A stretch of 54,128 nucleotides of DNA, filler included, from Sphacelaria rigidula (Eukaryota): NCBI GenBank assembly GCA_964200075.2. It is 5 parts of 5 records of this genome, joined end to end, with 100 filler letters (N's around TTAATTAATTAA, not from the genome) between each part and the next. Parts side by side here need not be neighbours in the genome. Positions count along the whole stretch, not along the records: positions 21,693 to 32,438 come from CAXNAA020005982.1; positions 32,539 to 43,283 come from CAXNAA020005983.1; 3 more parts are not named here. One strand, 5' to 3'. The translations under genes and the position numbers were made by a program. Each line of letters opens with the position of its first letter. The stretch's first letter is position 1. A model generated the notes under the pieces. That model was not told the origin of the DNA. It ran no database searches and saw only the letters and a program-made list of their open reading frames with translations. Below, piece by piece: positions 23,444 to 36,400 of this stretch.

Positions 23444-26400
23444 ATGAGTGGCGCGGCTAGCGTCAGTGCAGGGGTTGCATCCGCCTCCGACAACGCGAAA
23501 AGTCCTCCCAACAGCAGTGAAATCAACGCTGAAGGTGATGGGCATACAGCCGATGATGCCTTGATGCTGGGAAGCTCTGACTACGGCTCTGACGACGGCT
23601 CTGACTCTGACCACGGTAAGGGCTTGCGCCCAGGCGGCGGCGATGGTGTCGACTCCGATGACGACAACAGCGGCGAATTTTCGGAAAGCGAAGAAGTGTC
23701 TCAACGGAGACTTGAACATGAAGAACAGTCAGTCAAGGCTATCTCTACTCATGAGTCCTTGCACACTAGGTGGAAGTCGCCTGTTCAAAACAAATTCCCA
23801 GTCTGGAAGTTGTTTTTGCAAGGCGCGGACAAAAAACATAAGGACAACGCTTTGTGCAAGGTTCCTGGCTGTAACCAGAAAATTAGTGCCAAGGCGACCA
23901 CCAACGTAAGACAGCATATGAACGCCAGACACATTAAACACACCCCGTGGGCCGACTTTCTCAAGCAGAAAGCACCTCAGAAAGCGGGGAAAATTCTTAA
24001 TGATGAAGGAGAAATTCAAAACTACTTTGTGGCTGATGAGGAGGCGAGGCACACCCGGCTCGTCCTTGGGTTCATTGTCGGCGGACACAAGCCGCTCACT
24101 GTCGTCGAAGAGCTGGAGTTCCAGAAAATGCTCCGTGGCTTCACGAAAAGGCCGAACCTCGTTGTCCCGTCTCGAGCGAGCGTCGGAGATCTTCTGACCG
24201 AAAAGGCGATCGTCGCCCGGACGGGGGTAATGGAGATGGTAAAGGGCCAACAACTGAGCATGACCTGCGATGGTTGAACTTCGGGCAACGAGATTTCTAT
24301 GATGGCCGTCACAGCGCACTGGATCGATGATGCTTGGAAAATGAAGTCGGCCTGCCTCGGTGCGTCTGAGGTCGCCGGATCTCATACTGGTGTCACGTGG
24401 CAATCGTATTTGGGGTCAACTGTCTCGTGTTTCACAGTCCTGACTCATCATCGCAAATACCAAAAACAAATGCGATCAAGCCGCAGTTACAGCAGCTTAC
24501 GGCAGCATTAGATTTCGCGCGCGTTCTAATAACATGTTGCTGTCGTTTGCTCCTCCGATTACGCAAGACTCGCTGACGTACTGAAAGGCGTCCTGGCTCA
24601 GTACAACATTCGTGAGGAGGACATTACGGCGGTGACGACAGACAGCGGCAAGCCAGAAGAACGCGATCGTGGTCCAAACAAACATGGCTTGGTTACCCTG
24701 CATCTGCCATGTGATGAAGTTGGTTATGGGCGTTCTCATGAAGCGCTTGAGCAAGGTGTGATTGAAGTAGTGTGTCCAGACCAAAACTAAAAGCCTTGAC
24801 TTCAAGAGCAAGAAGTATCAGTTCTTGGTTACCCTTCGTTTTTATGTTGGATTTTCCACATCCAGATGCAGGTTGAAATAATTGGCCTACCGGGTGGACC
24901 TGGATGACCTGCAGCAGACAAACACATTATACGTCATTCGCATCACGAAGTCGACCCATCGTTCTCCGCTTGCTCGTCGTTCGACCAATAACTCTCATTT
25001 CTTACAGGCTCTCGCCAGGTGCATCGGATAATTTCCCACATTCACCGTTCGCACGCGGCTAAGACCAAGCTGCACGAAGCGCAGAAGGTCCATCAGCTGT
25101 CCCAGACCACCCTTCCCACCCACGTGGCTACGAGGTGGTGGTCCACGACAACATCAGTCGTCGCGTTCCTCCACAACAAACAGGCGGTTGTTCTGCTGTG
25201 CGAGTGGGCGACCACGATCCAGTCAAAGGAGAACATAGCTCCCTTGGTGGACGAAGAGTGGCAGGTAGGTGGTGTGCAAATTTGTAAGCTGCGTCGGAAA
25301 TGCTATGAAGAGTCGCAATATTCTGGCGCGTATGACTTTAAGGGTCGCCGACAAGTGTGTTTCCAAAGCTTCAAAACTGGTTTCAAAGTCCTCTCGCGCT
25401 TTTTAAGTCTTCCAGGTTCTTGCAGACGTCGAAGCCATCTGCATGAAGTGGGCAAAGCTGCAGAAACAACTGGAGGCGGAAAAGAAGGTCACCATAAGCA
25501 CCCTTGACTTAATCGTCGACGACGCTTCCGACACGGTTTTCACCTCAAGCACCGACATAAACTTATGCAAGCAGGTACTATCAGGTTCGTTACTCTCTGT
25601 TGTACCGACGCCATGCTGTCCATGAGGACTGCTGTAGACATAAAGCACCACAGATCGTGGGGCGAAAAAGTGTCGATTAGGTGCCGCTACTACAGTAGTT
25701 CATGTTGTAAACGTTCATCACTTGTATAATTTTTACCTTCCAGGCCAGGGAATGCGCCGAAGCCATGATAATAATAATAAATAATGATTATATGGAGGCT
25801 GATATGTACAAGAGATTGCACCCCGAAGACGAGATCAGAAACATCGGGAGCAAGCTGCACAACGGGAACCCCCTACGGATCGCCCGTACGGCTCACGTTG
25901 TTGATCCACGTATGAAGAGCGGCATGTGGGCCGACCTAAGCGAGATGGAACCGTGAGTACAGGGGGCAGATATCTACGCGATACAAAATAAACCCTGATT
26001 GTGCTATCAGTACTCCTTATATAGGGTATGCACTCGAATATTTGGGTGTATTCCAAGCAAAATGTAAGTCTCGTTCGGCTGCATCAGCGCTCATTCAAAC
26101 GTTCTCGTGGTGTTTTTCGTCGCAGATGATGACTGATCGAGTGCTGCTCCCCATCTACCGTTTCCCAAACCAGGCTTTTTCTCGGCGACGTAGAGAAGGA
26201 GCTAGAAAGTGTCATCAGCGCGGAGGAAGCGAAACAAAGCCAGCCACCTACACAGCCAGAAGTCGTGGCGGCGGCCGTCCCGAGCGCAAAAAAAAAGGAG
26301 AAACATGGCGGGTGCTCTATCACGAGCCTCATGGAGCAGGCAGCCACGAGGAAGCAGACTCAAAGAGACATGGATATGACGGATGCCGTTGCGGATGGAG

Positions 26401-26738
26401 CCGTCCCTAGCCCAACGAGGAAGAAGACGAAAAAAGCATCCGTTTCGAAGAGGATTCAAATCTTGACTGAATGGGGCCTCTACAAAGATGAAGAAGTTTC
26501 GGCGGATGATGTGGCCGAAGCAGGCGGTGCTCTAGGGTGGTGGGCGAAAGCCCAGCGGGCATATCCCCATATCGCTACCCTAGCTCGCAAGTACCTCGCG
26601 GTTCAAGCTTCATCTGCTGCATCCGATCGTGTGTTCTCCGTAGGCGGACTCGTGGTCACGAAGACCCGAAACCGCCTTAGTGGGGAGCGGGTGGAAGACA
26701 TCGTCTTCCTTCCCGAAAGCATGAAACATGATCTCTGA
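23444..26738 (+). pseudogene. hAT transposase, intron-containing, disrupted
   Basis: BED-finger (W..F..CKVPGC..HMNARH), SMTCDG*TS (stop at the conserved W), AVTAHW, VTTDSG followed by a frameshift, CICH, TRWWS, DPR, and the C-terminal hATC region WWAK...LARKYLAVQASSAASDRVFS (D in place of the usual catalytic E). About five GT-AG introns. Confidence 0.88.
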
Positions 26739-27719
26739 TAGAAATCACACCGCTACCCTGGTGGAGATTGCTGCTGGGCTCTGGAACATGAGCTTTTCTG
26801 CTTACCACGCACTGATTACAGGGGATCGGAGTTGAACGAAATATTACACTCAGTGCAAAGTACTAGTACATCAGTTGTAGCAGCACACTAGACTTATATA
26901 TTGAAATACGGGTGGTTTTCATATATATTGTAGATATCTAGTGGGCATGTACGTATGGTTTGTGGTAGAAGATGGTAGGAGATGTACTCATGCGCACGCA
27001 CGGACCCACGATTTGACACATCGGCATTTACTTTGAGTACGGGTGGTGTTCATATATATTGTAGATATCTCGTAGGTATGTACGTATGGTTTGTGGTAGT
27101 AGATCGTAGGAGGTGCTAAAACATATCTGGTACACTACAGGCACGAGAACCCGATAGTCTTCTTGCTGTTGCAAACATGTTGCTTCAGGCAAACAAAACA
27201 CGAAGAACAACACAACGACCGGACGAAGACGAAGCGCGTGATGCCCATGCAGCTGGGATATTGAACCGAACACTGCTTCTCTGACCGTGCGCATGCGTTG
27301 GTGTGCGCATGCGTGGCGTGTCCGCTGTTCAAACGCTTCAAAAATAATCAACAATCAATAAGTAGTTGATTCAATTCCCGACTACTGCCGTGATAGCCCC
27401 CCCCCCGAACCGGCCAAAAACGTGCACGGAGACGATGACCGTAACTGTTGTTAGAGCTGCTTTCGTGCTGCACGGCGCGACTTATTCGGGCGTTATAGCT
27501 GATTTCGGACTGCTTCACGCCTCTCATGTTGGCGAATTGCTGCAAACGAGCCCAACAGTAGAATTGTAGCCGGTTTGTCGGACGGTCTCCGGTGCACTTT
27601 TTGTGAGGGGGCTATCTCGTCATGAGTATCCCGTGGTGTTAAATCAAGCCAATTTGGACAAAATAATCACGAATCAAAGCAATCTCCCCAAAAAGTTGAT
27701 GAGCAACCCCAACCCTGAG

Positions 27720-30349
27720 CCTCCGGCGCCAGAAGCATCTGCCAATATCCCTAGAGCAGGTCCAACTTTCCGAAGTATTGGGCTCCCAGCAACTCCCGCA
27801 TATCTTCTTGGCTTGGCATCACCCTCGGAGACTGTCCCACTTGCGCGTTCACCGCCTGGTAGTCCCTGGCCAAACGAAATGTGTCCCGCTTCGGCACCGC
27901 CATCACCGGACTCGCCGACACAGCCTGACTGTTCCTAACCAGCAAATGAAACTCCACCAAAGCTGCGATGCATGAAGCGAGCCACCCGGTCTTCATAGGA
28001 TCGTAACGGCAAGGCTTGGCCTTCACAGCCTTCGCCTGTGGCGTGAGCTGCACTCTCATTGGCCCCACGCGCGCTGGCGGATCACCACGCAGCGCACGAC
28101 GAAATGTATCCACGCGACGAGCCAGAATATCAAGCAGGCGATATGCGCCAAGGACGCTCAGGCCCTTCAACTCGGCCTGCTGCACGCTATCCTCTAGCGT
28201 ACGTTCTGTGGCACCTCTCCCCTCCGCAGGATCCAAGAACATGTCGGGCCTCCGATCGTCCGAGCGATCCACCGCTTCATCCGCAGGAGCCTCCTCCTTA
28301 TTGGCTCTCCGGAACGATCATATGGGTACGGTGACACGCCTCGCAGCAAGATAGCTGGGATTCTCCACGCCATTGCACCGGCACAGCACGCGGGCGTAAC
28401 TTATCCAACGCCAGCGGATACAAATCGACCCCGAGCTCCTTCATCGTCGCCATCCCAAACAGAACCACGTTGTCCCTGCCGAGCATGACAGCGAAAGTGA
28501 TGGGCTACAACTCCACAGCCCCCCACGGCGTACGCACGCTAACAGCAACCGGCACCGTTTTATGAGTAAACGTCACGGCAGTACCCGTGGCGGTCTGCGC
28601 CGTTTGCGGTCCATTTTCGAACGGAATCTGCAGCTGAGCGCCGCCAAACTGCGAAGACATTTCTTCTGGCGATCCCACACCAATCGACGTGAGCGTGGAC
28701 CCAGACTCCAGGATAGCGCGGGCCAGGAACGAACCTACGGAACCAGGCAAAGAAAGATCTTCGCGTAAACACTCTGCGTTGCGATCGACAGGCACCACAC
28801 CTGCCGAAGAACCCTGGTCGGTACCAAGAGTCACCTGATGCCAGGGCTGTGCTCCAGTACTTGGCATCGATAATTGAGAATCGGCGGTCCACCCAGACCA
28901 GGTCGCCGAATATGCAGACGGCGCTGTTACAGCCATCGCAGCAATAGGAGATGCACTGGACACAGATCCTGCCTGGCCGAGGGGTTGCGAACTATTCGCT
29001 CCAGCACTCCCCACCGAAGAACTTGCACCTCCCACGTACACTACCCGCCGCAACACGGACGAACCAGAAGATCCAGAGTCAACACCTGATGACGTAGTGG
29101 AAGAAACAGCAGCGGAGGAACTACCATCCGCCGCCGATTGCTTGCTATCGCGGGCGCGGCGGCCGCGTCCATGGTTGGCACGACCCCGTCTACCGTGGCG
29201 ACCGCCGCGAGATCCTGATGAATCTCGCGCATTTTCTTCAGCAGCACCTTGAGCGCGAGGCTTGGGGCAATCCTTAATCAGGTGTCCATTGTCGCCGCAG
29301 TTGTAATACGCGCGAGTGGACAACGCTCGCGAAGACGACTGCTGTTTCTGTTGTTGTTGCTGTTTGCGGCGCGCACCTCCTGCACTTGCTGTAGAGCCGC
29401 GGCGCCGTCCATGCGCCTCAATAAACTTCCAATGGTCGGCGGCATCAAATATCTTGTTGAACACCACGGTCGGAGTTTTTTTCCAGCCGTCTACATATGT
29501 GAGTACGCTTCTGACATACGCCTCGAATTCCGGAGGCGAAATCCCGTCCACCAAACCTGTGGAAACCGACTCGGCAGGGTCTGGCAACCAGCTCCTGTCC
29601 TCCGCACGGTACATGGCTTGCACCGTGAGATTTTCTGTGAAAAACGTTTCCATCGATGAGTTAACCATCATCGCTCTATCATGGACGGATGTTCCACCGC
29701 TTTCTTGCATTTCAAGCACTTTACGCAGGTCTGCTGCAGCCCGCGCAGTGTCATGTTTGCCGGTGGCTGTGGTGTGTACCCGGCATGCTGCTTCACAGCA
29801 TCTAGCAATTCGTCGGGGGTCACAGTACGATGGTCCTTGTACGTGCCTTCAAAGCACCGATGAATGTACGTAGGGATGAGTTGTCCAATGCTCACCCTTG
29901 CATGCCTTACGACTCCTTGTGTATTTGCGAGGTACAAACACTTTTTGTAATCAAAATAAGCGGCGTAAGAAATGCGTGATGCTTCCTCGGTCCACACCTC
30001 GCCATACTTTGGCAGGTCTAGTGGCTCTCTCAAAACCAGCGGAGCTGCCGCCGCTTGAACCATGTCGTCTCTGGCTCAAACACTTCACGGAAAGACTCTT
30101 GCTTGACTAGTGCGTCCTCCAGCCTACGGAGCGTCCTCTTCCACTGTGCGCTTAAAGTCGGTCTCCTTCCACCTGCGGGCCAAACTGCTTCAAGCTGCCG
30201 CTCCTTTTCCTCAGCCAAACTCCTACAACAGAGAGCCGCTGCTGCTGGCCGAGAGTAACATCTACATATTCTAGCCTCTGCCAGACGATCTGAACAAGAG
30301 GACTTTCAACGAGGGACTCCTCCGGTATAACTGGCCTTGTGCTCGACAA
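27720..30349 (-). mobile_element. Decayed Ty3/Gypsy LTR retrotransposon: gag, zinc knuckle, protease, RT N-terminus
   Basis: YYNCGDNGHLIKDCP (degenerate CCHC), AILESGST (protease D to E), LGRDNVVLFG, SASPVMAVPK..FRLARDYQAVN, YFGKLDLL*GYWQ. Multiple stops and frameshifts. Confidence 0.88.
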
Positions 30350-30854
30350 GTCCTTTCTTCTAACTTCTTACAATCATGAAGTGATCCTCAACAGATCACG
30401 AGCCAGACAGCAAGAGGCCACACAGAAAAGGGTTATCAATGCAGGATCCCCAGTGCCCTGCCACTGCTCCAATCATGCATGCGATTATACTGAAACCTTA
30501 CGGCTTGGTGTCATTAAGCTACAGACCACGACTGGATCCCTGGGGGGTCAGCAAAGTGCGACAATCAATCAAACCATCAAGGAAGTGAACGTCGCGATTT
30601 TCTTTTGAGTGCGAATAAGTACGAAAAAAAGAGTGACACCCAATTCTGTAGGCAGGCATCATCAGACGTGATGCCGCTGGGAGGGTATGCGTATGAGCGT
30701 ATCATGTCTGGATGTATCGGATTCATCGTACAGAGGAGTGGTACTCGGAACATGTCGATTGATTGATTGATTGAATGGCTTTTTGCCGTTGAATTATTGC
30801 ACACCTCTATTTCATTTCGATAGATTGGGGGCTGTATCGAGACGTATCTAGAGC

Positions 30855-31356
30855 TGTGGGACATGTCTCATGTCCCCCGCGGCAAGACCATGTAATCTGT
30901 CCCGCGGGGCGTATCGCGAGAACGGCTCGAGGTACGATTCCAGTCGTTCTGAATCAGAGTTGCGACCCCCTCTTGGGTCACTTTCTTTCCATCCTCCTGT
31001 GGAGATCGTGAAACTTCCGGTGACGGTAGGAACCGCGGAAGGTGGCCGATGATTTTCCTCGTGTAATGTAGTCAAGGATTGACCGTATGTCGGTGGTTGA
31101 GGCAAGTAGATCAATCGAGAAAGCTTGACGAGCGCGAGCGAGTTGACCCGGAGACGAAGTCAAAGTCGAAGTGATCCCCAGGGATAGCCAGCAATTCGCT
31201 GGGAAGATCCCTGTTCCCTCGAGGTCCCAGATCCGGCTGTGTATAGATATGGGAGTTTCGGGGCTCCTCCGAAAACTACCCCTGTAGCAGTCGTTCGCTA
31301 GGTTACACGTCATAAAAGGAAATTTCCCCGCACATGCCCAAATGGCGATTTCCACA
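30855..31356 (-). mobile_element. 3' LTR (~502 bp) of a further LTR element, preceded by a polypurine tract
   Basis: On the minus strand, AAAGGGGGGGTGA is followed by TGTGGAAAT...ATGTCCCACA (inverted TG...CA ends). Confidence 0.6.
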
Positions 31357-31929
31357 TCACCCCCCCTTTGATGTGCCTCGAGTCCATCTGTGAAGGCTCG
31401 TGGCGGGCATTCGGAGGAATGATATTTCTCGGAGTCTAATTTGTATGTACTTCTGACATACTTTTATAGTAGCCTGTTGTCGAACGCGTCATATCCTCTA
31501 TACTGGGTGTTGAGAAACACTAACGAATGATTTTTTTCGGCGTTCTCCAATAGGCTCATGTAAAAAAAAATGGAAAACAAATTATTTCCTTTAAATTTCG
31601 TGCAAATTTCGTTCAGTGATCAGCTGTACGATCTACACAGATTACCGTATCCGACGGTCTGTACCAATGAGGTCCGCTTATGACTTGCAGAGGAGTGGAG
31701 CTATGGTGGCCGCGTGAAAATATTAGGTAACCGGGGAGAGGTTGACATCGAATACAGCGGTGGTAAAAATATATTTTTCTTTTCTCGGAGCATTTTTCTC
31801 GCAGTAGGACTAGCTTTTACGGTAATCCTTGCCAGCAAGTTCCCCCTTTGTTAATGAGAGCTTGATTCAAAGACCAAGTCTCTCTTCACAGTCATTCTGT
31901 ACTCGATCGTGAGATCTGTCTCAACATTA

Positions 31930-32345
31930 TTATTAGTCGTGTAGGTATGACACGATTTTATTTTCAGCTCGCCTCACGATTTTGCTCCTTTTCTCCGGAT
32001 CTTCTAGACGGTGAGTCAAGTTAGCGCGTATTATCCAATCTTGAATCGATTCGATACGCGTTCATGTCTGAATATAATGTTAGTCGTGTAGGCCTGACAG
32101 GAACAATAATTTCAGCTCGTCTTGCGATTCTATTTTTCGCGAGTTTGGGGGACGGCGAGTCATGTTAGCGCATATTATTCAACTTGATTTGATTTGATAC
32201 CCGTTTCTTTTTTCTCTCTTTTCTTCTCCAGATATTAATTAGTAGTCGAAGTATGATAGGATCTTATTTTCAGCTCGCCTCATGTTCTTCTCTTCTTCCG
32301 AACTTTGAAACGGCGAGTCAAATTGGCGCGTATCGAATAAAGCAC
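31930..32345. repeat. Three degenerate ~150-bp tandem units
   Basis: Recurring TTAGTCGTGTAGG...TTTCAGCTCG...ACGG(T/C)GAGTCA...GCGC near 31932, 32080 and 32240. Confidence 0.7.
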
Positions 32346-32438
32346 AAAACAGCGGATCCTGAAAAATAGGGTCGATCTCAAAAATGAGGTTCAAGTGGCA
32401 TTTGTTTTTGCAGGGATGACGCAAAACAGTAACACAGA

Positions 32439-32538
32439 NNNNNNNNNNNNNNNNNNNNNNNNNNNNNNNNNNNNNNNNNNNNTTAATTAATTAANNNNNN
32501 NNNNNNNNNNNNNNNNNNNNNNNNNNNNNNNNNNNNNN
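32439..32538. other. Artificial contig spacer
   Basis: N44-TTAATTAATTAA-N44. Confidence 0.97.
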
Positions 32539-33480
32539 GCGTGCTCTTTCCGCGCATTGCAGGGATGCGGGGGTAATGGTTTTATGACCAAGGCCTGCAT
32601 GATCATGAGTACCCCCCCCCCCCCCTCCCCGTACGAGGCAGGCGCTATATGCTCGGCTTTGAGCTGCTCGTGCACAGGCGAACCTTCGGCGGGTGAAGGC
32701 ATTGTTCACATGTGTAAACCAGTTGCTAAACGGGCAGGGAAGATATTTCTGCCGAAAAATTTCCCTCCTCGCTGACCGGCTTCAACGGGACGGGGAAGGG
32801 GGGCTGTGCATCGAAGGCGGTAGTTAGTGGAGGCCGTTACCGACACCCGAATGTGGGGAATTTCAGCTGTCATGACCAGCAAGTCATTTCACACTGTGTA
32901 TAGTTTATGCCTTTCATATGCGCTGTACTCGTAGTTGCTGTACGTAGAATACGCTAGTAATTGTGAATATTTTGGTGATGTGTGCTGTATAGTTATCTTC
33001 ACCCTTTCAGGAGTCGGAGTGAAATAGGGCCAGGTGAGTTTCTCGGGGTCCCTGGTCGTCGATAATATATTGGTTCAACTTTTGCCGACTTGTGGGCAAG
33101 CTCGACTTCTTCCCTTTGCCATGGCAGTTGCGCGTTCTCTCCCTGTCGGCGAATTCGTAAGAGAGCGCCACTGAGAAATGACCAAACTGGTAGCACGCCT
33201 TGGTAGGCAGGATTCAACTCCGTGAATGCGTACTATTTGGAGTCTCGCTTATGGTGTTGTGTGCGCACCTTTCCCGACTCCAGTTTTGTTTGTTCTATAC
33301 ACACACACACACGAAAAAAAATATTCTGCTGCCAATTGAATCATATCCCGAATCGTTTGCATGAAATATCCCGAATCGTTTGCATGAATTAAGATTATCT
33401 TTTTTTGTAAGATGATATCTTGGTCCTCGAGTGACCGCATAACAGCTGTTTTATCCCGTTCGTTCGACGACGCCGAGCAG

Positions 33481-36400
33481 GGGGCCGGATCAACTTCCGA
33501 TGAGCACGAAGTTCGACCAAAGGGACGACCCGTCGGTCGTCCGCAACTATGGCGCGCTCATGATCGAGCTTGCGAGTATCGTTCCGGACGGCGTGGTATG
33601 CTTCTTTACCAGGTGAGTACCAGGAGTGGCACTGCACAACACCCGCGGGTGACCCGTTCTAGGGCTTGAAAAGTCATGATGTGTTGCTTTCATTTGGGGG
33701 GTGGTAAGCAACAAGCCGCACACGGTGCTGCAGTTAGGCACTGGTTTGCTGCCAAAGATTGAAGAGTACATCGTCACCCGGGCTTGTCCCTCGGGGGGGG
33801 GGGGGGTATATGACGTACGGATATCATAGGGTGTCAAATACGGGAGTCGGCTCTAGGAACGTTACTGCGCGGTATGGCGGGGCTTTAGTGGTGCAGCAAG
33901 TCAGGGGGGTGCCTTCTCGAGTGGTTGCTTTCCGTGTGTTTTTCCTTGACCAGATGCTGCTTCTTTTTGTTTTGCTTTATCTTTCAAGAGTTCGGTGAAT
34001 TGTGCTTGTCTTCCCTTCAGGATTTTACCTCCTCCACGTCGTTCTGTATAGTTAAACGTACCCATGGATGGATTCCCTCCGTCTGGCTTTGCAGCCATTT
34101 TTTTTCCAGCGGCGGTTATTGCATCGTATAGGTACGCTTATGAATACGGGAATGTTGCTAGAAACGTTCCTCGTCGGAGTCATTTGCTGCGTAGATCAAT
34201 GTACTGCATTAAGCTGGATGTTGGTTGGCCCGCGGACAGGCTGTATTCGTGACGTCTGCCGGGTGGATGGTACAGCATGAATTGAGGGGAAGCTTGCTAC
34301 TAGTAGTCGACGTGTTTTGCGTCTTCAGGTGGGAGTGCTACCCGCGCAAAACACGCTTGTCGGTATGATTTTCGCGCGGTGATTCGCACCGCGCTTTCCT
34401 GAGTGCGGAGGCAAGAACCGTGCGGAGGTTTGAGCGATGTCGTGCGGGTTGCGTACAACTGGATGGCATTTGCCTGGCGGCAAAGGCTTCCCCGCCGACA
34501 ACCGGATTTTCAAATTTCTCGTGGTGATTTGTACGATGATTTTACTCGCCACGTTGTGTGTGAGGTTCCAGTGTGCTGTCCTATCATTTCTCTGCAACTT
34601 GAAGCGAAACGAAAAACATTATTTTTGTTTACAATGCCTACAACTCCTCCCACTCCTCTAGACGAGTCCGTGGTCTCAAGGGGTCAGCCAACCTCTCCCC
34701 CGGTACTCGCCTCCTTACATTTTGGTATCGCTGATTGGATGATGACCACTCCCGCACCGCGTCAAATAGCATGTGTTTTTGTTAGATATTGACGATTAGC
34801 GCAATGTTTTCCCGTCTGTTTTTTTTTTTTTTTATTTGTCTCAGTTACAGCTATATGGAGATGATCATCTCCAAGTGGGACGAACTAGGAGTATTGAAGA
34901 GAGTGCTCGAGAAGAAGCTTATCTTCATTGAGACTAAGGTGAAACCCCTGCATCTATCACGCGCTGACGATCTCTGTCCTTGAACTAGAGTTGTCTTCGC
35001 TGTGTTCACTTGTTCCTCCTCACAAATTCCATTGTATGCTGATATTTTGAAGGGTTTTGTCATATATTTTCATGTAATTGCTCTGCCAAGCATTTCATTA
35101 TCCAGCGGATGTCGTGCTGATAGTTTGTTTCATCTCGTGTCGACTGTGGAGCATGGCCTGCGTGTCCGTCAGACCAGTCTTTCACGAGGAGGAGAAAAAA
35201 AAACCACCGTATAAACAAAACAAAAAAAAAGAGTGTCTGGACCGTTTTGTCAAAACCTCAGCTCACTTGCATTGCCTGCCTTTCCGTGACAACCCCGCCG
35301 CACATTGCCGTGCTCCAGTGGCGGAGCATCCAAGTACCGCACTTTTTCACCGCTGTATTTCTGTCCATTTGCGGCGGTAACCTCATTGCTGTTGTATTTT
35401 TTATTTGCCGCAGCCTTGCTCCATCGATTTTGCTAGCCCCGAAGCGCATGCTTGCTCGTGGGCAAGCGTTTTCATCTGTGTGATTTCCCCCGTTTGTTAC
35501 GCCTCGACGCCAGGACGTCGTGGAAACGACCTTAGCCCTGGACAACTTCAAGCGGGCGTGCGACTGCGGTCGAGGAGCCGTCTTCTTCTCCGTGGCGCGA
35601 GGAAAGGTGGAGAAAAAATGTACCCCCGAGCGTTCGGTTGCAACCATTTGTCGCACAGTGCGCGCATTGGTTTTTGATCCGTAAGAGAGTTTGATCACTC
35701 GTACTCCCGTCGGGGTCAGTTACAGTCGTGAGCATAATTATTTCCGGTCTTTTGTACTTCGTCTATTTTTTGCCCGATTTCTTTGGCTTCTCATCGAACA
35801 TTCCCACGTTTTCGCCGCCTCCACGAATTGAGGCTGGGGTCGTGGCGTGTTATACCTTTCGTATATTTTTGCTCAACGCGGGGGACGTGGGTACTCTATG
35901 ACATGCGGAGTGAAGGCGGTGTGGGCAACACCAGAGAGTTAGTTAGCCTTGGAAGAGGCTGCTCTTGAAGAATCGTCAGCAACACATATGTCGTTTTTGG
36001 GATTTTCCGTTGGGAGCCACGCTCTCCCTCTGAAATCGACCCCGTTCGTTCCCAATGGTGTGAGGGAACGAATCGAAGTGTGTTTGTCTTGCGCACGGGG
36101 AAAAAGAAAACAGAAAATAATGTGGTCTTCGTTCTCTGTTGCAACGTACTCGTCGGTTGATTTCTCATTTTCAACAAGGGGTGTGCCGTGCGGCTTGCTG
36201 ACTTTTGTTCAGGATTTTGTTTTTTCCATGCTGAGAAAAATCACCCCATTTTTGCTTGAGAGAAAATACTAACCTTGTTTCAACTTGGTCTGGTCGTGAG
36301 ATTCATCGCTTTATTTTTGTTCATGAGTATCCTCATATATATATATATATATATTCAGGACATACACGCTTTTCGGCCCTTCATCAGGTTGCGGAGGGAA

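Larger units (their letters stand above)
22985..27711 (+). mobile_element. Full-length hAT DNA transposon (4727 bp)
   Basis: TIRs TAGGGTTGCTCATCAACTT and AAGTTGATGAGCAACCCCA (1 mismatch). Perfect 8-bp TSD ACCCTGAG at 22977-22984 and 27712-27719. Internal transposase present. Confidence 0.95.

Noticed and set aside
22846-27753. RIP- or methylation-like mutation signature (TGG to TGA and CAG to TAG stops in the TEs)
   Set aside because: Only three sites were seen, and transitions at W and Q codons are the commonest route to stop codons anyway. A consensus-based mutation spectrum would be needed.
19724-33481. PMM and XPD as a divergent gene pair sharing a promoter, separated by TEs
   Set aside because: They lie on different contigs joined by artificial spacers, and both 5' ends are missing.
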